From assembly GCA_041690395.1 (NCBI GenBank), contig JAWLHJ010000007.1, forward strand, positions 147,895 through 211,894: DNA of 64,000 nt. Direction: 5' to 3'. Origin of the DNA: Longimicrobiales bacterium. GTDB lineage: Bacteria > Gemmatimonadota > Gemmatimonadetes > Longimicrobiales > Gaopeijiaceae. Both the position numbers and the translations under genes were made by a program. The notes under the pieces are model-generated. The model worked only from the letters and a program-made list of their open reading frames with translations. It had not been told where the DNA came from and did not search any database. Of the stretch, positions 57,680 to 64,000 are shown in pieces. Position 1 is the stretch's first letter; the number at the start of each line of letters is the position of its first letter.

Positions 57680-58246
57680 ATGTCGTTCACGTTCGAGCCC
57701 ATGGAGATCCCCGACGTGGTGCTGGTACGCCCCACGCGGCACCGTGACTCGAGAGGGTGGTTCATGGAGCAGTTCCGTGAGAGCTCCTTCCATGACGCTG
57801 GCATCGACGCGCGCTTCGTCCAGGACAACGCGGTCCGCTCCGTCGGCGGCGTCCTTCGTGGGATGCACTTCCAGCTCGCTCCGGCACCGCAGGGGAAGCT
57901 CGTATCGGTCCTTCGGGGGCGCGTCTTCGATGTAGCCGTGGATATCCGGTCGGGTTCTCCGACGTACGGTCGTTGGGTCGGACGGACTCTCGACGCGGAG
58001 GAGGGCGCGGCGCTCTGGATACCGGAGGGATTCGCCCACGGCTACTGCGTGCTGAGCGACGGCGCGGACGTGACGTACAAGGTCACGGCCGAGTTTCGGC
58101 CCGACCTCGACCGCGGCTTCAGGTGGAACGACCCGGACGTAGGCATCGAATGGCCCGTGGAGGCCCCCGTGCTCTCCGATCGGGACGCCGAGCTGCCGGC
58201 GCTGGAGGAGGTCGGGAGCCCGTTCGCGCGGGGTGTGCTCGGATGA
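57680..58246 (+). CDS. rfbC: dTDP-4-dehydrorhamnose 3,5-epimerase
   Basis: DSRGWFME, FVQDN, LRGMHFQ, DVAVDIR.GSPTYG, IPEGFAHG. Confidence 0.95.
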   Translation: MSFTFEPMEIPDVVLVRPTRHRDSRGWFMEQFRESSFHDAGIDARFVQDNAVRSVGGVLRGMHFQLAPAPQGKLVSVLRGRVFDVAVDIRSGSPTYGRWVGRTLDAEEGAALWIPEGFAHGYCVLSDGADVTYKVTAEFRPDLDRGFRWNDPDVGIEWPVEAPVLSDRDAELPALEEVGSPFARGVLG

Positions 58247-58938
58247 GCGAAGCGGGCCGGCGTGTCGGCAAGGAACAGCGGATCGAGGTGCCGAAGACCG
58301 CCCGCTACCTGACGCTGGGGCCCGCGGGCGCGTCCGATGTCTGGATCGTGCTGCACGGATACGGGCAGCTCGCCGGCCGCTTCCTGCGGCGCTTCGCCCC
58401 GATCGACGACGAGACCCGCCGCATCGTCGCGCCCGAGGCGCTGTCTCGCTTCTACGTGGGGAACGATCCCGGGCGTCACGGCCCCGAGTCGGTCGTCGGC
58501 GCCACCTGGATGACGCGCGAGGCACGAGAGGACGAGATCGGCGACTACGTCCGGTACCTCGACCTGCTCGCCGAGCGTGTCCTCAAGGAGGCAGCACGAG
58601 AGGGCGCCGGCGACGTCCGGCTGACCGTTCTCGGATTTTCGCAGGGCGTGGCGACCGCGGCCCGTTGGACGACCATGGGGCGGGTGAGTCCTCAGCGCGT
58701 GATCCTGTGGGCCGACTTCCTGCCTCCGGACCTCGACCTGGCCGCGGCCCGTCGTCGCTGGGAGGGTGTCGACGTCGTGCTGGCCCGCGGGGACGACGAT
58801 CGCGCGCTCGGCAACCGTCAGCTGGCCGACGAGGAGCGGGCCCGGCTGGAGCGGATGGGAGGGAACGTGCGGACCGTCCGGTACGCCGGCGGGCACGACA
58901 TCGAGCCGGAGCTTCTGCTGGAGCTCGCCCGGGGCTGA
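58243..58938 (+). CDS. Phospholipase/carboxylesterase-family alpha/beta hydrolase
   Basis: LHGYGQ, APEALSRFY, GATWMTRE, GFSQG, GGH. Confidence 0.88.
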   Translation: MSEAGRRVGKEQRIEVPKTARYLTLGPAGASDVWIVLHGYGQLAGRFLRRFAPIDDETRRIVAPEALSRFYVGNDPGRHGPESVVGATWMTREAREDEIGDYVRYLDLLAERVLKEAAREGAGDVRLTVLGFSQGVATAARWTTMGRVSPQRVILWADFLPPDLDLAAARRRWEGVDVVLARGDDDRALGNRQLADEERARLERMGGNVRTVRYAGGHDIEPELLLELARG

Positions 58939-58947
58939 CGGGGTGGC

Positions 58948-59895
58948 CTAGAACGACCCCACGAAGCCGATCTCCGGCTCGAGTGTGTGCCCTGTCCGCT
59001 TCGACACGGTTTCCTGGGCCAGATCGATGAGCGCGCGCACCTCGGCGGCCTTCGCGCCGCCGAGATTCACGATGATGTTCGCATGCTTCTGGAAGATCCC
59101 GGCCGCCCCGTGCACGTGGCCCTTCAGGCCGCATTCGTCGATCAGACGGCCGGCGCCGATGCCTTCGATCTTCTTGAAGATCGATCCGGCGGAGGGGTAG
59201 AGCCACAGGTCGGGGTGCCGGTCGTCGCGCCATTCGAGGTTCTCCCTGACCACGCGTCGGAGCTCCTCGACCGGCGCCGGCTCCAGCCGGAACGTGGCCG
59301 ACAACACCAGGTCACGACGACGGTGGAGGATGCTCTGGTCGTAGCCGAACTCGAAGTAGTCCACGCCGACGGTGCGGTGCTGCCCCTCCTCAGTGAAGAT
59401 CTCCGCCGATTCCAGGATCTCCTCGATGAAGACGGTCCGTTCCCGGGCCGGCGCCGGCGAGAGGAAATGCAGGTTCTGCCAGAGCGCACCGCCCACCGTG
59501 CTCGGAATGCCGACGAAGTGATGGAGCCCGCCCAGACCCCGCGCCACGGTCAGGTCGGTGAGGTCGGGGTAGGTCCGCACGCCCGAGCCGACGCGAATAC
59601 GGCTCCCGTCCAGCTCCTCGAGCCCCTCGATCTCGCAGCGCACGACCAGGCCCCTGAATCCGCGGTCTCCCACGAGGATGTTCGCACCCGTCCCGAGCAC
59701 GAAGCACGGGACCCCCAGCTCTTCGGCCGAAGTCACGGCCCGGACCAGCTCCTCGGGAGTCCGGGCCCGGAGGAACAAGTCGGCCGGACCGCCGATTCGG
59801 AAGGTCGTGAACGGCGCGAGGGGCACGTCCCGTAGAAGGCGGCTCGGACCGAGGCGAGCCGCGAGCGCATCGACCGTGCTCTTGTCGAGGGACAT
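58948..59895 (-). CDS. murB: UDP-N-acetylmuramate dehydrogenase (MurB) family flavoprotein, divergent
   Basis: TTFRIGGPAD, LGTGANILVGD, GIPSTVGGA, SAGSIF, HANIIVN, LEPEI. Confidence 0.85.
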   Translation of the reverse strand: MSLDKSTVDALAARLGPSRLLRDVPLAPFTTFRIGGPADLFLRARTPEELVRAVTSAEELGVPCFVLGTGANILVGDRGFRGLVVRCEIEGLEELDGSRIRVGSGVRTYPDLTDLTVARGLGGLHHFVGIPSTVGGALWQNLHFLSPAPARERTVFIEEILESAEIFTEEGQHRTVGVDYFEFGYDQSILHRRRDLVLSATFRLEPAPVEELRRVVRENLEWRDDRHPDLWLYPSAGSIFKKIEGIGAGRLIDECGLKGHVHGAAGIFQKHANIIVNLGGAKAAEVRALIDLAQETVSKRTGHTLEPEIGFVGSF

Positions 59896-60051
59896 CTCTT
59901 CGGACGTTCCTTGGTGGGGGTGGATGTCTGCACCACTATAGCCGCGGCCCCGGCGGGCTGGTACCGTCCCGTTCGGCCCCGTACCTTCGGCCCTGCAACG
60001 CCCCTTCCGACTTCGAGACCCGAAGGAACCGTCATCACCGGAGGCTGATTC

Positions 60052-60522
60052 GTGAGCACGAGTGGACGAGAGATCGCTGGAATCATCGCGCGTGAGCTCG
60101 ACCGGGTTGCCGAGGAGATCTCGGCGTACAAGGACGAGCGCAACCTCTGGGTCACGCAGGGGGCCCAGCGGAACGCCCCGGGAACCCTGGCGCTCCACCT
60201 GGCCGGGAACCTCCTCCACTACATCGGCGCCGGACTGGGCGATACCGGATACGTGCGCGACCGACCGGCCGAGTTCAACGACCGGGACGTGCCGCGCGCG
60301 GAGTTGCTCGCGCGGCTCCGTGAGGCTCGCGACACCACGGTGCGGGTGGTCTCCTCGCTCGACGATGCCACCCTCGAGCGTGGCCGGTTCGCCGTGGAGC
60401 TGCCGGAGCAGTACGCGGGACTGAGTGTGCACGGCTTCCTCGTGCATCTCACATGGCACCTGGGATGGCATGAGGGCCAGATCTACTACCACCGCCTCGC
60501 CGTCGAGCCCCCCGAGAGCTGA
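60052..60522 (+). CDS. DinB-family protein
   Basis: GTLALHLAGNL..YVRDRPAEF..HLGWHEGQIYY; GGAGG SD. Confidence 0.88.
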   Translation: MSTSGREIAGIIARELDRVAEEISAYKDERNLWVTQGAQRNAPGTLALHLAGNLLHYIGAGLGDTGYVRDRPAEFNDRDVPRAELLARLREARDTTVRVVSSLDDATLERGRFAVELPEQYAGLSVHGFLVHLTWHLGWHEGQIYYHRLAVEPPES

Positions 60523-60539
60523 CGCGACCTTCGAGGCAC

Positions 60540-60668
60540 TGTCCGTTTCTGGGACGGCTCGTCCCGTTATCGAACTCCCGCCCCCCACGCGAACGTCCGG
60601 CCCGCCGCCAAAACATGGCTTGAAACCTGGCCCCTCGGCATCCCGTAGTCCCTGGCACGACCCTTTCA
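60540..60668 (+). promoter_or_regulatory. Putative sigma54 (-24/-12) promoter with upstream paired activator sites
   Basis: TGGCAC-GACCC-TTTCA at 60653-60668 (-12 is TC, not GC); related 15-mers at 60541 and 60561. Confidence 0.5.
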
Positions 60669-60815
60669 ATAGGAAGAGGTCGTTCCCCGATGAGTGTGCT
60701 CGGCCGGAGGGGGTGAGGGGTGGACGATGCGGATGCCGGTGATCAGCCCGCCGGTCCGGTCGGGCCCTCGCGGGGACTTCACGAATGGAACGCACCTGGG
60801 AAGAGGCGGGGCGGC

Positions 60816-62345
60816 GTGTTTGGATCTCAATACAATGTACGGGCCCGTGTTCGGGCCGGCGTCGTGGCGGTCGGATTTGCGGTCGCCACGGTGTTCGTGT
60901 CGGGCGAGGCGGAGGCGCAGGTGCGCCCGGACCGCCTCACGCTCGAGGAAGCCATCGAGCTTGCGCGACGGAATAATCCGACGTTCCTGAGCACCGAGAA
61001 CGATCGGGGCGTGGCCGCCTGGGGCGAGCGCGCGGCGTATGGGGCGTTTCTGCCCACGGTGAACGCCAGCGGGTCGGCCGGGTGGACCGAGGCGGGTTCA
61101 CAGCGGATCGGAACGCTCGACTTCGGAGAGCAGGGAACCGACTGGTATTCATCGTCTTACAGTCTGGGGCTCACGTGGACCCTGAACGGCAGCACGATTT
61201 TCGGCGTCTCCAACGCCCGCTCGACGCGCCGGGCGACGGACGCTCGGGTCGACGCCGCCCAGTTCAGCCTCGATTCCCAGGTCGCGCTCCAGTACATGAG
61301 CGTGCTCCGGGCCCGTGATCAGGTCGACGTCGCGCAACGACAGCTCGACCGGGCTCAGCAGAATCTCCGCATCGTGAACACGCGGGTGTCCTCCGGGGCG
61401 GCCGCGGGCACGGAGGGGCAACAGGCCCAGGTCGATCTGGGGCGCGCGGAGGTCGGCCTCATCCAGGCCGAGCGCGATCTCCGGCAGGCCAAGCTCCTGC
61501 TGGCCGAGCAGATCGGCGTGGAGCTCGAGCCCGACGTCGAGCTCGCGAGCGAGTTCGAGGTGTTCGAGCCGGACTTCGAGCCCGACGAGATGATCAGATT
61601 GGCCGTCAGCGACCATCCGTCCCTGAATGCGTTCCGGGCCCAGGAGAGTGCGCAGCGCGCGGCCGCCCGGCAGACGGCGACGAGCCAGTATCTGCCGACC
61701 ATTCAGGTCCAAACCGGCTTCAGGGGCAACACGCTGCAGGCGCTCAACGAGGATTTCCTCCTCACCCAGGAGGCGGGCCGCATCGAGGGCCAGCGCGACA
61801 ACTGCGAGTTTCAGAACGCGATCAACGCGGGCCTCACGTCCCCGTTGCCGGGCTATCCCCGGGACTGCTCGCAGTTCGTCATGACGGACGAGCGGCGGCA
61901 GCAGGTGATCCGGTCGAACGACGTCTTCCCGTTCAACTTCACGAAGCTGCCGCTGTCACTCTCGCTGCAGGTGTCTCTCCCGATCTTCACCGGGTTCTCG
62001 CGGCAGCAGCAGGTCGCCCAGGCGAACGCCATGGCCGACGACGCCGAGCACGACCGGCGAGCCGAGGAGCTCCGCCTCCGCACGGCGGTGACCACCGCGG
62101 TCGACAACCTCACGTCCGCCCACCGGGTGCTTCAGGCGGAGGAGCGCAATCGCACCCTCGCCGAGGAGCAGCTCCAGATGCAGCAGCGTAGATACTCGCT
62201 GGGTGCTGCCGCCATGCTCGAGCTGCTCGATGCCCAGACGACCATGAGCACGGCCGATCAGGCCTATCTGAACGCCCTCTACGACTTCCATTACAGCCTC
62301 ATCGCGCTCGAGGCGGCCGTCGGTCGGCCGCTTCGGAGCCGCTGA
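60816..62345 (+). CDS. TolC-family outer membrane protein
   Basis: Signal ending AEA; LTLEEAIELA, SLPIFTGF, YSLGAAAMLELLDAQ, LEAAVGRPL; start uncertain. Confidence 0.92.
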   Translation: MFGSQYNVRARVRAGVVAVGFAVATVFVSGEAEAQVRPDRLTLEEAIELARRNNPTFLSTENDRGVAAWGERAAYGAFLPTVNASGSAGWTEAGSQRIGTLDFGEQGTDWYSSSYSLGLTWTLNGSTIFGVSNARSTRRATDARVDAAQFSLDSQVALQYMSVLRARDQVDVAQRQLDRAQQNLRIVNTRVSSGAAAGTEGQQAQVDLGRAEVGLIQAERDLRQAKLLLAEQIGVELEPDVELASEFEVFEPDFEPDEMIRLAVSDHPSLNAFRAQESAQRAAARQTATSQYLPTIQVQTGFRGNTLQALNEDFLLTQEAGRIEGQRDNCEFQNAINAGLTSPLPGYPRDCSQFVMTDERRQQVIRSNDVFPFNFTKLPLSLSLQVSLPIFTGFSRQQQVAQANAMADDAEHDRRAEELRLRTAVTTAVDNLTSAHRVLQAEERNRTLAEEQLQMQQRRYSLGAAAMLELLDAQTTMSTADQAYLNALYDFHYSLIALEAAVGRPLRSR

Positions 62346-62364
62346 CGCGGAGACGAGCCTAACT

Positions 62365-63630
62365 GTGGATATCATCCGAGACACCAAGCCGCAGAAGAAG
62401 CGGAAGAAGCTCGTCTGGAGCCTTGCGGCCGTCGCGCTGCTGGGGCTCACGATCTTCGTGCCCCGCCTCCTTCCGACCGCGGCGCCGACGGTGGACGGTA
62501 ACGTCATCTGGCGCGACACCGTCGAGTTCGGCACGCTCATCAGGCAGGTGCGCGGCCCCGGGACGCTCGTCCCGGAGCAGCGGCGGTTCATCACGGCCGT
62601 CACCGCCGGGCGCATCGAGCAGATCCTCGCGCTGCCGGGCACGGAGGTGAGCGCCGGCGACCTGATCATGAGGATGAGCAACCCGGACGTCGAGATGCAG
62701 CTCCTGCAGGCGCAGCAGCAGCTCTCCGAGGCCCGCGCGCAGATGGCGCAGCTCCGTACGAGCCTCCAGACCGGCGAGCTCACGCAACGGGGGACGGTCG
62801 CGACGGTGCGTACACAGTATCTGGACGCTCAGCGGAACTACGAGACGAATCAACGCCTCTTCGACGAGAACCCCGACCTGGTGGCCCGCGCCGACCTCGA
62901 CCGGTCGCGCGAGTCGATGGAGGAGCTGGAGCTTCGGCTCCAGATCGAAGAGGATCGTCTCCAGGTCATGGAGTCGACCGCCGCCGTCCAGATCCTCTCG
63001 CAGGAAGAGCAGATCCAGCGGCTCGAGGAGATGGTGCAGTTCAACCGCGACCGGCTCGAATCGATGAACGTCGCGGCGCCCGTGACGGGCGTGCTCGCGC
63101 CGCTCGACATTCCCCTCCAGGAGGGGCAGTACGTGCAGTCCGGGACGACGTTGTCGCTCGTCGTCGTGCCGGGCCGCCTCAAGGCCGAGGTCCGCATCAC
63201 ACAGACGCAGGCGCAGGACATCGTGATCGGGCAGACGGCGCTCATCGACACGCGGAGCGACACCATCGAGGGGCAGGTCGTCCGCATCGACCCCGCGGTA
63301 CGGAACGGGACCGTGACCATCGACGTCGCGCTCCCGCCGGACCTACCGAGCTCGGCGCGCCCCGACCTGAGCATCGACGGCAACGTCGTCATCGAGCGCC
63401 TCGACGAGGTCACGTTCGTGGGACGTCCGACGTTCGGTCAGGCGAACTCCCGGGTGAGCATCTTCCGCGTCACCGACGACGGCCAGTACGCCGAGCGGAT
63501 TCCGGTTCAGCTGGGGGCGAGCTCCGTGAACCACATCCAGGTCGTGGAAGGGCTGCGCGAGGGAGACGTCGTCATCCTGTCGGACATGTCGCGTTGGGAC
63601 GGCTTCGATCGGGTGAAGATCGGGAATTGA
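62365..63630 (+). CDS. HlyD/MacA-type periplasmic adaptor
   Basis: N-terminal TM; VRGPGTLVPE, RIDPAVRNGTV, ARPDLSIDG, GLREGDVVILSD. Confidence 0.93.
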   Translation: MDIIRDTKPQKKRKKLVWSLAAVALLGLTIFVPRLLPTAAPTVDGNVIWRDTVEFGTLIRQVRGPGTLVPEQRRFITAVTAGRIEQILALPGTEVSAGDLIMRMSNPDVEMQLLQAQQQLSEARAQMAQLRTSLQTGELTQRGTVATVRTQYLDAQRNYETNQRLFDENPDLVARADLDRSRESMEELELRLQIEEDRLQVMESTAAVQILSQEEQIQRLEEMVQFNRDRLESMNVAAPVTGVLAPLDIPLQEGQYVQSGTTLSLVVVPGRLKAEVRITQTQAQDIVIGQTALIDTRSDTIEGQVVRIDPAVRNGTVTIDVALPPDLPSSARPDLSIDGNVVIERLDEVTFVGRPTFGQANSRVSIFRVTDDGQYAERIPVQLGASSVNHIQVVEGLREGDVVILSDMSRWDGFDRVKIGN

Positions 63631-63709
63631 CGCAGGGCTTCGGGCGCTCGTCGGCCGTCGGGCCGCGGCGCGGATGGTGTGGGCGAGGAACCCAAAGGGA
63701 GGGGAAGCG

Positions 63710-64000
63710 ATGTCGAAGAATCACGCGCTGATCGAGCTGAACGCGCTGAGCAAGGTGTTCTACACCGAAGAGGTGGAGACCCACGCGCTGTCCAACATCA
63801 ACCTGAGCATCCAGACGGGGGAGTTCGTGTCGATCGCGGGCCCGTCGGGCTGCGGCAAGACGACGCTGCTGTCGATCCTGGGGCTGCTGGACAGCCCGAC
63901 CGGCGGCAAGTATCTGCTGGACGACACGCCCGTGGAGAACCTGACGGCGAGCCAGCGTGCGAAGATCCGGAACCAGGCGATCGGGTTCATCTTCCAGGCG
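63710..64000 (+). CDS. ABC transporter ATP-binding protein (MacB/LolD-like), 3'-truncated by window edge
   Basis: Not in ORF track; GGAGG SD, ATG 63710: MSKNHALIEL..VETHAL..GPSGCGKTT (Walker A)..RNQAIGFIFQ. Confidence 0.93.
   Translation, partial: MSKNHALIELNALSKVFYTEEVETHALSNINLSIQTGEFVSIAGPSGCGKTTLLSILGLLDSPTGGKYLLDDTPVENLTASQRAKIRNQAIGFIFQA

Noticed and set aside
57680..58246. Polysaccharide biosynthesis cluster around rfbC
   Set aside because: No rfbA/B/D or glycosyltransferases nearby; the adjacent MATE looks NorM-like rather than a Wzx flippase
60670..60815. Riboswitch or ncRNA in the long TolC leader
   Set aside because: GC-rich hairpins are possible, but I recognise no conserved aptamer motif; an Rfam search would be needed

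Overview
High-GC (roughly 70% by eye), gene-dense bacterial chromosome segment. Gene content and style suggest Gemmatimonadota or a similar lineage; this is inference, as there is no rRNA in the window. The order is: end of a tripartite RND operon with two permeases, an OM beta-barrel and a Tyr/Gly-rich secreted protein; a core block (glnS-YqeY fusion, gltX, lexA-like, tadA, GHL10 lipoprotein, NhaC, pyrR-B-C, rpsT, S2P-scpA-scpB-rluB, amidase, trkAH); tRNA-Ile2(CAT); an accessory-looking block (PadR plus orphan MacB/ADOP-type permease, TauD dioxygenase, frameshifted DUF1592 cytochrome-c protein, DUF1552, ankyrin protein); a short GGQ release-factor-like gene, AI-2E, hydrolases, an Omp85-like protein, TetR-TolC-MFP-RND, a sigma-70 fragment, MATE, rfbC, a divergent murB, DinB, and the start of a TolC-MFP-ABC ATPase operon. 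The most notable points are: an apparently non-cleavable LexA; a stand-alone sigma region 1.2-2 protein; the uncharacterised DUF1592/DUF1552/ankyrin heme-protein module with a 1-nt frameshift; an AT-rich 11-mer shared by the orphan permease promoter and the distant TolC-MFP-ATPase operon; and a MurB homologue with Asp at the conserved Arg. No CRISPR array, integrase or transposase was seen. All family calls are from motif recognition, not database searches.
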